A stretch of 64,000 nucleotides of DNA from Desulfosudaceae bacterium (GTDB taxonomy: Bacteria > Desulfobacterota > Desulfobacteria > Desulfobacterales > Desulfosudaceae): contig CAXXDV010000001.1 in NCBI GenBank assembly GCA_963674745.2, forward strand, positions 1,600,001 to 1,664,000. The letters are read 5' to 3'. Each line of letters starts with the position of its first letter. The first letter of the stretch is position 1. Under the pieces are notes generated by a model that ran no database searches, was not told where the DNA came from, and worked only from the letters and a program-made list of their open reading frames with translations. Below, in pieces: positions 28,206 to 40,687 of the stretch. The position numbers and the translations under genes are program-made.

Positions 28206-29603
28206 ATGAGAGACGTTTTTTTTAAAAGTGTTCGCCGTTGTTGGGTATGGCCCTTTTTTGCGGCCATCATTCTTTTTGCAATTGCCCCGCCGTATGTATC
28301 GGCGGCAAAGGCCGCTCAAAAAGAGGTTCAGGCGACGGTCGTAAAAAGCATGGAAGCCGTGTGGACCGGAGAAGCATTCGGACCTGATTTACTGCAAAAA
28401 CAGCAAAAACTGAAAACCATGCTTGACTCGGGCCTTGTAACCAGGGACGAACTTGAAGCGATTATAAAAAAGACGGTTCCCTCCTTGATGAATCATCACG
28501 CAACATCCAGATATTATTTGCAGAAAATGTCCGGGCGCATTGATGCGCTTTTTTCTTCTCACATAAACTGGGAAGAGATTAAAAAGATGGTCTGGAAAGA
28601 GATGGCGTCCGTGGTTAAGGATGGCGACCAGATGGTTTTCAAGGTCGGCACCCTTGCCCCAAAGGGTACGCCCTGGCTGAACGTGCCCGAAAAAATGCTG
28701 ATCCCTGATATGGAAAAACTAAGTGACGGAAAAATCACGCTGAAGCTGTATGGCGGGGGCGTCATGGGGGAAGATGAAGATATTCTGAGAAAAATCGATA
28801 TCGGCCAGCTTGATGTCTGTGGCGCCACAACGCTGGGCATGCTGGCCGCTTCCCCGGAAACCGCCGTGTTCATGCTGCCGGGACTTTTCAAAAACTATAA
28901 AGAAGTCGACTATATATATGAAAAATTCAGAAGACGTATAGACGCCGGCTTTGAAAAAAAAGGCTATATTCTGGCGGCCCTTATCGACACCGGATATTTT
29001 CACTGCTATTCAAAAAACCGGATAGGCAGCCTTGCGGATTTGAGAAGGCAAAAGGTCCTCTCCTGCTGGGGGACGGTTGAAGGCGCCCTGTTTAAGGAAC
29101 TCGGGATCAGCGCCATACCGGTGGCGGTGCCGGAGGTTATGTCGGCACTCAGCTCCGGGCTGGCCAACACCACCCTGGCGCCTGCGGCGTGGATGCTCGG
29201 CATGCAGGCATATCAATACGCCGGATACTATATCACCCCGCCGCTGCTCTATTCACCCGCTGTTGTTATCATGGGGCTCCAGGCGGTAAAAAGGATACAG
29301 CGGCAGTTCGAGTTATCGGATACCCTTACCTACAATATTCAGGAAGTGCTCGTGTTTGAAGTCGGCCTGTTTGAAGGCGCCTGGAGAGACCAGATCAGAA
29401 CTTACGAATCACGGGCCCTGCATGCCTTTGAAACCAGGACCGGCATGGAAGCCGTGACGCTTTCCGCCGAAGATCAGGAAGCGATCGCGCAGGCGGGCTT
29501 AAGGATCAGAAAAGAACTGGCCGGCAAAATTTTTTCCGAGGCGCTCATGAATGACGTGCTCAATGCGCTTGAATCATTCCGGAAGGTTCCGGCACAGCCA
29601 TGA
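28206..29603 (+). CDS. TRAP transporter substrate-binding protein (DctP family) with N-terminal extension
   Basis: Signal peptide; GTLAPKGTPW, YGGGVMG.DEDILRKI..GQLD, P.AVPEV.SAL..G. Confidence 0.85.
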   Translation: MRDVFFKSVRRCWVWPFFAAIILFAIAPPYVSAAKAAQKEVQATVVKSMEAVWTGEAFGPDLLQKQQKLKTMLDSGLVTRDELEAIIKKTVPSLMNHHATSRYYLQKMSGRIDALFSSHINWEEIKKMVWKEMASVVKDGDQMVFKVGTLAPKGTPWLNVPEKMLIPDMEKLSDGKITLKLYGGGVMGEDEDILRKIDIGQLDVCGATTLGMLAASPETAVFMLPGLFKNYKEVDYIYEKFRRRIDAGFEKKGYILAALIDTGYFHCYSKNRIGSLADLRRQKVLSCWGTVEGALFKELGISAIPVAVPEVMSALSSGLANTTLAPAAWMLGMQAYQYAGYYITPPLLYSPAVVIMGLQAVKRIQRQFELSDTLTYNIQEVLVFEVGLFEGAWRDQIRTYESRALHAFETRTGMEAVTLSAEDQEAIAQAGLRIRKELAGKIFSEALMNDVLNALESFRKVPAQP

Positions 29604-29700
29604 AGATCCCCACCCGCACGAACACTGGCATGGTGGCTATTTGAGGAACGTTTCGAAAAAGTGGGCAAGAGGTTGGAAATCAATTTTCCAACCAAATAAA

Positions 29701-29728
29701 AAGGGCTTACGATAACTCGTAAGCCCTT
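29701..29728 (-). terminator. Terminator hairpin downstream of tRNA-Asn
   Basis: AAGGGCTTACGA-taac-TCGTAAGCCCTT with an A-run on the left (U-tract on the minus strand). Confidence 0.75.
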
Positions 29729-29737
29729 GATATAATT

Positions 29738-29813
29738 TGGCTCCCCAGCGCGGACTCGAACCACGGACACGGTGGTTAACAGCCACCTGCTCTGCCGACT
29801 GAGCTACTGGGGA
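29738..29813 (-). tRNA. tRNA-Asn (GTT)
   Basis: Reverse complement TCCCCAGTAGCTCAGTCGGCAGAGCAGGTGGCT-GTT-AACCACCGTGTCCGTGGTTCGAGTCCGCGCTGGGGAGCCA; 76 nt cloverleaf with CCA. Confidence 0.97.
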
Positions 29814-29902
29814 TCAGTCAATTAACCAGAATTAAATATATAAATTTCACGGCAAAGTCAAGCCAAAACAAAAAATTTTTTATTACAGGCGGTCGGGGAC
29901 GG

Positions 29903-32730
<2,828 letters not shown>

Positions 32731-32734
<4 letters not shown>

Positions 32735-33753
32735 GTTTTTTTGACTCCAGCAACAGATTGATTTGATTGAAGAACCGCCATGCGAATCGCCGCTTTGAGG
32801 CTGGCGCAGCCGGCCCGGCCGGTGCCGGCGATATCATAGGCCGTACCGTGGTCCACGGAGGTGCGGATAATGGGAAGCCCCAGCGTCGTGTTAACACCGT
32901 CGTCAAAATGCAGCAGCTTAAGCGGGATTAATCCCTGATCATGATACATGCAGACCACCGCATCAAAGCGGCCTTCCGCCGCGGCCACAAATACCGTGTC
33001 CGGCGGAAAAGGGCCTTCAATGGCGGCTGAAGTGGCGTCGGCGGCCGCTTCCATGGCCGGTATGATCGTTTGCGTTTCTTCATCCCCGAACAGGCCGCTT
33101 TCACCGGCGTGGGGGTTTAGCCCGGCCACGGCAATACGGGGAGCGGGAATGCCGAATCGCGAAATGAGGCTTTCAGCGGTTATTTCCAGGGTGGTCCGGA
33201 CTTTTTCCCGGGTCAGCGCTTGGTGTACTTTTTTCAAGGGGATATGAATCGTCACCAGGACCACCCGCAGCCGGTCCCCGGCCAGCATCATGGCATAGCG
33301 GCTGCATCCGACCCGTTCGGCAATCAGTTCCGTGTGACCGGTATAACGGCTGCCGCCCATTCTCAGGGCTTCCTTGTTGATGGGCGCGGTCACCATGGCG
33401 GTGGTCTTTCCCGCTACGGCCAGATCAACGGCGGTGGTAATGTATGTTTCCATGTGACGGCCGGTCTCGGGCGTGGGTCGCCCCCAGTTTATCGGCTCGG
33501 AAAAAGGCCCGGCAGGATCGAGCACGTCAACGGAACCGGTAACGAACTTTCCCTGATCCGGATCGTCTACCGGATGAAAATCAGGTGACTGCCCAACGAT
33601 TGTTGCCGCTTTTTTTAAGATTTCCACGTTGCCGATGATCAGCGGTCGGCATTGGTCGTAAATAGGGTTGTCGGCCAGGGCCTTGACGATGATCTCGGGG
33701 CCGATGCCGACCGGGTCTCCCATGGTGATGCCGATCAAGGGGCGGGTTGTCAT
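32731..33753 (-). CDS. pdxA: 4-hydroxythreonine-4-phosphate dehydrogenase (PdxA family)
   Basis: [46 protein letters not shown]. Confidence 0.95.
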
Positions 33754-33797
33754 ATCCAGCTTCCAATATTGAGGATTAGGTTCAAATTTTTATTCTA

Positions 33798-34703
33798 CTA
33801 TCGGGAATCTTCTTTTTCAAACAGAAAAGACACGGCTTCCGGTCCGGAAAATTGAGCCCCTTCGATCAACGGGACCTTTCCCAGGACAAGGCGGCAGAGA
33901 TCGTCTAAGGCCGTAATCTTCTGAAATAATTTTGAAACATCAGCTGAAAGGCCGATGCGGCTGCCCTGCATCATCAACGTCTCCAGGTTGTTTTTGGCCA
34001 GCTGTTCCGTCAGCTTGAGACTGGTTTCAACCTGTTTCAGGCAGTGTTGCTTTTCCTGGAGAAAGGCATTGAAAATATCGTTCTCCCGGTTGTACCGGCA
34101 GGACAGGTCCAGTATGAAATCAAGATCAATAAACCATTTGTCTTTATCGATCCGGTCAAAAAAAGGAATAAATTGCAGCAGAAATACCGCCCACGCCCGG
34201 GACATGATCCGTCGTGAATGGCGGATTTTCGCCAGGGCCGTTAACCTGTCCTTTTCCCGGGGAAGAAGACGTTCGATCGCGATACGGATGTCCGCATCGA
34301 TTGGCCGCGTCAGGTTTAACTGGGATAAAAACCGTTGCCGGCAGGCAAATGGTACAACAAAGCGAACCGGTTTGGTGATACCCTCAATGCGGATGCAAGT
34401 GGGCATTTCATCCGGCAACAATGAACTTATCCGCGTTACGTCCGCCTGGCACAAGGCCATATGCGACAGGAGCGCCTCTATTTTCAAATATACGGTTAAA
34501 TCCGGTGAGAGGATCAGGTCGATCAGGCCTTCCCGGTCACAATTGTCGACATCGTTTAAAACGGCTTGCAATGCCTGATGGTCAGGATGATCAAGCGTGG
34601 AGTTGATAAAATGCAGGGTGGCCGTGTCTGCCTCAAACCCGGCTGAAAACAGGGCCTGTATGGTTTGCGCCAGTTCCCGGCAGGAATCATTTTTGCTGGT
34701 CAT
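33798..34703 (-). CDS. Hypothetical protein
   Basis: ~300-aa ORF co-oriented upstream of pdxA; no motif recognised; start uncertain. Confidence 0.7.
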   Translation of the reverse strand: MTSKNDSCRELAQTIQALFSAGFEADTATLHFINSTLDHPDHQALQAVLNDVDNCDREGLIDLILSPDLTVYLKIEALLSHMALCQADVTRISSLLPDEMPTCIRIEGITKPVRFVVPFACRQRFLSQLNLTRPIDADIRIAIERLLPREKDRLTALAKIRHSRRIMSRAWAVFLLQFIPFFDRIDKDKWFIDLDFILDLSCRYNRENDIFNAFLQEKQHCLKQVETSLKLTEQLAKNNLETLMMQGSRIGLSADVSKLFQKITALDDLCRLVLGKVPLIEGAQFSGPEAVSFLFEKEDSR

Positions 34704-34829
34704 AAAAGCCGCCTTTGCGGTAAACAAACTATAAAACACGGGGACACGGTCCGGTGTTTATGTTAGAATATTCGCCGTGATTGAGTCAATAACGGTTTGC
34801 AGAACCCCAGGATGAATGAAAGCAGCCTC

Positions 34830-35792
34830 ATGAATCAACGAAACGTGTTTCCGGGCCTGTGTATCGCCCTGATGATAATTTGTCTGTATCATATACCCCT
34901 CCGGTCCGTTGCCGCGGATACGGCAGAAAGTAAAACGATCTACACGCAAGCCGAACAGGTGGGGATGATCGTCACCCCGGAAATCAGCGAAGCATCCGGC
35001 CTGGCCTCGTCCGCACGTGATGCAAACCTTTTTTGGGTCATCAATGACAGCGGTAATTCCGCCACCCTGTTTGCGATTGCGGTCGAAGGGCAAATCAGGG
35101 CAAGATATACCATTGCCGATACACCCAATTATGATTGGGAAGACCTGGCCGGTTTTTCCCTGGACAATCAACCCTACCTGCTGATTGCCGATGTCGGTGA
35201 CAACCGGGCCGAACGGTCCGGTTGCAGCCTGTATATTGTCGAGGAGCCCGTGGTGCCTGATAAACCGTCAACAGAAACGGCCTTGCTGCCGGTAAAGTGG
35301 CGGATCAGCTTCCGGTATCCGGAAGGCCCCCGCGATTGTGAGGCCGTTGCGGTTGACGCCCGGCAAAAACGGGTTCTGCTGCTCAGTAAACGGGATACGC
35401 CTCCGGTTTTATATGAGGTTCCCCTGATGCCGGTTTCCGGGACGGTGATGGCCAAGCCCATCGGTCCGATGACGACCATACCCCCGCCCACGTTAGAGGA
35501 ACTCGATCAGCCCTACGGCTTTAGTTGGTCGCGTCCCACGGCCATGGATCTGACGAATGACGGCAACCGCCTGATCGTTCTGACATACAAGAATGCTTAT
35601 GCCTTTATCCGGCAGCCGGGCCAGTCCTGGCCAGCCGTGATAACGGCGCCGCCCGTGTCAATAGCCCTGCCCCATCCCACTACCGGGTTGTTGCCGATCC
35701 GCGAAGCGCTTTGCGTTCAGCCCAGGACAGGCACCCTGTTCATCACCGGAGAAAGGCCCCCGGCCCCGGTTTTTCGATTGATGCCGCTTTAA
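34830..35792 (+). CDS. Secreted beta-propeller-like protein
   Basis: Signal-like N-terminus; EASGLA.S, WVINDSG, DWEDLA, IADVGDN, DCEA; start uncertain (34812 or 34830). Confidence 0.7.
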   Translation: MNQRNVFPGLCIALMIICLYHIPLRSVAADTAESKTIYTQAEQVGMIVTPEISEASGLASSARDANLFWVINDSGNSATLFAIAVEGQIRARYTIADTPNYDWEDLAGFSLDNQPYLLIADVGDNRAERSGCSLYIVEEPVVPDKPSTETALLPVKWRISFRYPEGPRDCEAVAVDARQKRVLLLSKRDTPPVLYEVPLMPVSGTVMAKPIGPMTTIPPPTLEELDQPYGFSWSRPTAMDLTNDGNRLIVLTYKNAYAFIRQPGQSWPAVITAPPVSIALPHPTTGLLPIREALCVQPRTGTLFITGERPPAPVFRLMPL

Positions 35793-35821
35793 CCCGGATG
35801 TTTCATGAAATTTTCGGGTTA
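35790..35821. repeat. Minimal palindromic copy of the TA-ended IR element
   Basis: TAACCCGGATGTTTCATGAAATTTTCGGGTTA; its TAA is the stop codon of the upstream gene. Confidence 0.75.
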
Positions 35822-36149
35822 AAAGTCGGGTGGCACCAGATTAAACAGGTCTTTGTGCAGCAGCATACTTCTGTTCAAACGGCCTGAATCAAGCATGTCA
35901 AGGGCGATCCTTTGAGGACCGACATTTCAGGTTTTGATCCGTTTTTTTCAGACACAGGCCAACCAGGGTGTGGCATCCCCTGGCTTATTGCGGAAAGACT
36001 GTTGCAATAATTAGTTGTCTCGGATATTTTAAAAAAGTTGAAACATGGTGATAAAATAATTTTTGGTATGGTTGACTGACGGTTTTCTCGCCGAAAAAGT
36101 TCCAGGAAAAAAATCCGCCGACTATTTTCCATATAGAAAGGAGCGCCTG

Positions 36150-37040
36150 ATGCCTTTACGAAACTGTGTGTTGCTGCTGATAATCGTTTTATTGTTCCTT
36201 GGTAATCCGGTTGCCAGGGCCGATGTCACGCCGGGTACGTTTGTATTCAGTCCGTACACCGATGAAAACACTTATAACAACTGGGCGGAAGCCGGTTTCG
36301 TGCTCAAAAAAGTATATACGGACTATTACAACAATAAAACCATCGACATGGTTTATTATTATACGTTTGACGACGCCAACAAGCTGAAAAAGCTTGAAAT
36401 TGATTACGATAATGACAAGGTGATGGATTCTGTAGACCATTACACATACAACGATGCCGGAAAAATTTCCCGAATCGATATTGATGGTGATGTCGATGGC
36501 GGAATAGATGCGGTGGTATATTATTTTTTCAATGATGATAATACCATCAGCTATCAGGAGATTGATCTGGACAATGACGGCGTAAAGGATGAAAAAACAA
36601 CCTTTGTGCATGATCAAGGTGTACTTGTTCAGAAACAGTATGATGAAAACAATGACGGCGAAACCGACAGTGTGTCCAATTTTACGTATGCGGCTGGCTT
36701 CTGGGCAACCATGCAGGTCGACTCCGATAACGACGGCATCGGTGATTACAAGGAGGGGTATTTATACAATAATTCCTCCGGCAATATCAGCCTGATTGAA
36801 GTTGATGATGATTATGACGGTGTCGATGATTATGCCAGTGGATACTTCTACCGAGATGATGGATTCCTCGATACCCGCAAGACAGATTATGATAACGACG
36901 GCACGTTTGATGTTGTGGAAACATATGTCTGGGCCTCCGATGACCCCAACAATGATCCGGGCAACAACCAGGGTAACGGTGATGCTGATGACGGCTCCTC
37001 GTCCAGCGCATCCTGCTTTTTAGACTGTCTGATGCGATGA
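36150..37040 (+). CDS. Secreted Asp-rich repeat protein (22-aa DxDxDG repeats) with C-terminal SCF motif
   Basis: AAGGAG RBS; signal peptide ..VARA; about 7 periodic D-x-D-x-D-G-x-x-D units; ends DDGSSSSASCFLDCLMR. Confidence 0.85.
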   Translation: MPLRNCVLLLIIVLLFLGNPVARADVTPGTFVFSPYTDENTYNNWAEAGFVLKKVYTDYYNNKTIDMVYYYTFDDANKLKKLEIDYDNDKVMDSVDHYTYNDAGKISRIDIDGDVDGGIDAVVYYFFNDDNTISYQEIDLDNDGVKDEKTTFVHDQGVLVQKQYDENNDGETDSVSNFTYAAGFWATMQVDSDNDGIGDYKEGYLYNNSSGNISLIEVDDDYDGVDDYASGYFYRDDGFLDTRKTDYDNDGTFDVVETYVWASDDPNNDPGNNQGNGDADDGSSSSASCFLDCLMR

Positions 37041-37103
37041 CCGTTAAACTTGAAACAGGATAAAGCCGGTTGATTTTTCGTAAAACAGGCGGGTAGAACA
37101 TTC

Positions 37104-39227
37104 ATGATAAAGCCGTTGATTCGGTCGTTCTCCGCAATAACGCCGACGATGCTTGTTCTCGCCGTTGTCGGCTGGTTTTTGTATGCCCCCGCTTTCCATG
37201 CGCCGTTCGTATTTGACGATCTGCCCCAGATCATTGAAAACCCCCATATCCGAATAACCGGATATTCATCGGATATTCCGGCACGATTGATGAACTGCCG
37301 CAATCCCAACCGGTTTCTGGCCTATGCCACTTTTGCCCTGAACTATTATGTTCATCAATACGACGTAGCCGGATACCGTGTCGTCAACGTCGTTATCCAT
37401 ATCATTACGGCTTTCCTTGTTTTTCTGACCGCCAGACTGACCTTGGACCCGGGTGGCCGCAAGCGGTCCGTGTTATTGCCGCTTCTGGCCGCCGCCCTGT
37501 GGCTGGTCAACCCGGTTCATACCCAGTCGGTAACCTATATCGTTCAGCGCATGAACGCCATGGCCGCCATGTTTACCCTTCTGGCGCTCTGCTGCTTTGT
37601 CCGGGCAAGATTAATGCAGCGGTCCGGCAAGCACGGCCTCAAACCGATCCTGCTTTATGCCGGGGTCGGGTTTTCCGGTCTGTGCGGCCTGGCCGCCAAG
37701 GAAACTGCCGCCATCCTGCCGGTCGTGATGCTGCTTTACGAGTGGTATTTTTTCCAGGACCTGGATCACAACTGGATGAAAAAACAGCTGGCCTGGATAA
37801 GCGCCGTACTGGTATTGCTGGTCATCATCAGCCTGGTGTACATGGGCGGACATCCCGTTGACAAGCTGACAGGCATGTATGGATCTCAGGACTTCACCCC
37901 GGGCCAGCGCCTGCTGACCGAGCCGCGGGTGGTCCTGTACTACCTGACCCTGCTTTTTTTCCCTCATCCGACCCGGCTCAACCTGGATTATAACTTCCCC
38001 CTGTCCCTGTCCCTGCTCAATCCGGCCACGACCCTGCCGGCCATCCTGGCCCTGCTGGGCCTGGTCGTTGCCGCCGCCTACACGGCCAAAAAGCACCGGC
38101 TGTGTTCATTTGCCATTGCCTGGTTTCTGGTTACCCTGGTCATTGAATCATCGTTTATCGGGCTGGCCCTTGTTTTTGAGCACCGCACCTACCTGCCATC
38201 CGTGTTCCCGGTCATAGCCGTCACCTGTTTTCTCGTCCGCCGGGTCAAACCGCTCCCGGTGGGCGTCATGATCGTTATCGCGGCCATCATTTTATGCGGT
38301 TACAACACCTACCAGCGAAACCGTGTCTGGGATAATGCCCTGGCTTTCTGGCAGGACAATGTCAGAAAATCGCCAGACAAGGCGCTTTCCAATAATAACC
38401 TGGGGCTTGTTTACAAGGAGATTGGTGCACTTGACAAAGCCATGTTTTATTCAAAAAAGGCCCTGATGCTTAAAACAGCGGAATTCGGTGAAACTCATCC
38501 GGAAGTTGCCGACAGTTTGAGTAATGTCGGCCTGGTTTATTACCGGCAGGGGGAATATGACAAGGCCCTTTCCTGTCATTTGAAAGCATTGGCCATACAG
38601 AAAGCGGCTTTTGGACAGTATGACCACCGCCTTTTGGAGATATACAGCAATATCGGTATCGCCTATGACGGCAAAGGTGATTTTGACAAGGCCATTCACT
38701 ACTATCGACTGGCATTGGATTTGGAGCGCGGTCTTTCAGAAATGGAAAATCTGAGAAGCGCTTCAATTTACAACAACCTTGGCTCCGTCTGGTACAACAA
38801 GGGAAACCATGAAAAAGCAATCGCCGGTTTCAAACAGTCCCTGGCGATCCGGAAAAAAGTGCTGGGCGACCGCTGCCGGGAAGTTGCAGAAAGCTACAAC
38901 AACCTGGGCCTTGCCCATGCCGGCATGGGCGATTACAGGACTGCCCTCAGCTATTATCAACAGGCACTGGACATTGAACTGGAGGTGCTGGGGGTCCATC
39001 ATTACAGTACAACAACCACATTTTTTAATCTCGGCCTGACCTGTTATGCCCGGGAAGATTACGACAAGGCCGCCTTCTATATGCAGAAAGTCCTGGTCCT
39101 TTACCGTGAAACGCTGGGGCGGAACCACCCCTGGATTTTAACCGCTCAATCCATTTTGGATAAAGCGCTCATGAAAAGTAACCGGCAACCGTCTTCCGGT
39201 GGTCCAAGTGCTGAAACAGATGGGTGA
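37104..39227 (+). CDS. TMTC-like GT-C membrane glycosyltransferase with C-terminal TPR repeats
   Basis: FVFDD..I..N, NVVIH, NPVHTQSVTYIVQR, AKE.A, LNLDY, EHRTYLPS, RN.VW; 42-aa TPRs (A.S..N.G.VY...G.Y..A). Confidence 0.85.
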   Translation: MIKPLIRSFSAITPTMLVLAVVGWFLYAPAFHAPFVFDDLPQIIENPHIRITGYSSDIPARLMNCRNPNRFLAYATFALNYYVHQYDVAGYRVVNVVIHIITAFLVFLTARLTLDPGGRKRSVLLPLLAAALWLVNPVHTQSVTYIVQRMNAMAAMFTLLALCCFVRARLMQRSGKHGLKPILLYAGVGFSGLCGLAAKETAAILPVVMLLYEWYFFQDLDHNWMKKQLAWISAVLVLLVIISLVYMGGHPVDKLTGMYGSQDFTPGQRLLTEPRVVLYYLTLLFFPHPTRLNLDYNFPLSLSLLNPATTLPAILALLGLVVAAAYTAKKHRLCSFAIAWFLVTLVIESSFIGLALVFEHRTYLPSVFPVIAVTCFLVRRVKPLPVGVMIVIAAIILCGYNTYQRNRVWDNALAFWQDNVRKSPDKALSNNNLGLVYKEIGALDKAMFYSKKALMLKTAEFGETHPEVADSLSNVGLVYYRQGEYDKALSCHLKALAIQKAAFGQYDHRLLEIYSNIGIAYDGKGDFDKAIHYYRLALDLERGLSEMENLRSASIYNNLGSVWYNKGNHEKAIAGFKQSLAIRKKVLGDRCREVAESYNNLGLAHAGMGDYRTALSYYQQALDIELEVLGVHHYSTTTTFFNLGLTCYAREDYDKAAFYMQKVLVLYRETLGRNHPWILTAQSILDKALMKSNRQPSSGGPSAETDG

Positions 39228-39254
39228 AGAAACCGGGTAGCAAAAAAATCCTTT

Positions 39255-40685
39255 TTACCGGGTTTTGTCGGTCATCTTCGTTGCACCGCCACCCAGAACC
39301 GCGTAAAGGCGGACCTGGTTGGCCTGATTCGCCAGTTCAATGGCAATGAGCCCCTGCTGCGCGGCGTACAAAGATCGTTGCGCATCCAGAACGGTCAAGT
39401 AAATATCGGTTCCTTTTTCATATCTGATGCCCGATAGCCGGAAGGCTTCAGCGGCGGCTTCCACCAGCGATTGCTGCGCGGCCTTCTGATCCCCGAGCGT
39501 TCCTTTTTGGGCCAGTGTGTCGGCCACATCTCTGAAGGCGGCTTGAACCGTCCCTTCATATCGGGTCAGCGCGATTTCTCGTTCAACCTTGCGGACCTTC
39601 AGGGCCGACCATGTGCGCGGATCGAATATGGGCAGACTGATCTGCGGCGTAAACAACCAGGTCCGTGACCCGGACTCAAAAAGCCCGGACAGCTCAGCAC
39701 TGGCGGTGCCGTAGGCGGTTGTCAGTGTAATACGTGGAAACAACATGGCCCGGGCCGCGCCGATATTGGCATAAGCAGCCTTAAGCGCGTTCTCAGCCCC
39801 ACGGATATCCGGTCGCTGCAGGAGTACTTCCGACGGCGTTCCGACAAAAAAATTCTCCATGGGGGCGACGTTGGCCAGAGAATCAGGGTAAATATCCGCG
39901 GGCACCGTTTCCCCGGCCAGAAAATCAAGGGCGTTTTTGTCCCGGGCGACCTGCCCGGTAAACCGGGCGACCGCCACTCTGGCTGAATCCACGCTTGTTT
40001 GGGCCTGGCAGAGATCCAGTTTTGTTGCCAGGCCAACCTCATAACGACGTTGAATCAGGTTGTAGGCGGCCTGCTGGGTGGCCAGGGTTGATCGGGCCAG
40101 TTTAAGATTGTCAAAATCTGCAGCCAGTGCCAGCCAGGCATTGGCTATTTCGGAAATCAGCAGGATCTGCGTCCCCCGCCGTGCTTCGGTCGTGGCAAAA
40201 TAGTCTTCCAAAGCCCGTTGCTTGAGACTGCGGATCCGTCCGAAAAAATCCGGTTCCCAGGCGGCGATCCCCAGTTCCACCCGGTACTCTTCCGCGATGG
40301 TGGATTCACCGGAACTGGAAAGATCAGCCGGAATTCTCTGCTTGTAACTGCTTCCGGTTGCCCCTGCCGTGGGCAGAAGTTCACTGCGTTGAATGCGGTA
40401 CATGGCCCTGGCCCGTTCCACATTCAGGGCAGCGACCCGCAGGTCCCGGTTGTTTTCCAGGGCTGTCCGGATAAGCGCCTGAAGCCGCGGATCGGTAAAA
40501 AAAGATTGCCAGGCCATTTCCGGTGCCGGAACGGCTTCCGCGTTGCTCCCTGTCCCCTTGTAGGCCGGTTCATCCGGCCAGGCTTGAGGTGTCGGTGATT
40601 GGGGCCGGTTATATTCGGGGATCATGGTGCAGCCGGCAAAAAAGATGCTGGTTATAATCAGTAGAAAAAGTCTGTTTTTTATCAT
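39255..40685 (-). CDS. RND efflux outer membrane lipoprotein (OprM/NodT family)
   Basis: Lipobox FAGC, ALENNRDLR, RPDI..AE..L.AA.ANIGAARA, Y..LGGG. Confidence 0.95.
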   Translation of the reverse strand: MIKNRLFLLIITSIFFAGCTMIPEYNRPQSPTPQAWPDEPAYKGTGSNAEAVPAPEMAWQSFFTDPRLQALIRTALENNRDLRVAALNVERARAMYRIQRSELLPTAGATGSSYKQRIPADLSSSGESTIAEEYRVELGIAAWEPDFFGRIRSLKQRALEDYFATTEARRGTQILLISEIANAWLALAADFDNLKLARSTLATQQAAYNLIQRRYEVGLATKLDLCQAQTSVDSARVAVARFTGQVARDKNALDFLAGETVPADIYPDSLANVAPMENFFVGTPSEVLLQRPDIRGAENALKAAYANIGAARAMLFPRITLTTAYGTASAELSGLFESGSRTWLFTPQISLPIFDPRTWSALKVRKVEREIALTRYEGTVQAAFRDVADTLAQKGTLGDQKAAQQSLVEAAAEAFRLSGIRYEKGTDIYLTVLDAQRSLYAAQQGLIAIELANQANQVRLYAVLGGGATKMTDKTR

Positions 40686-40687
40686 AA

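Noticed and set aside
25400..29813. Integrative island at tRNA-Asn
   Set aside because: Accessory-looking genes, but no integrase and no duplicated tRNA 3' end seen
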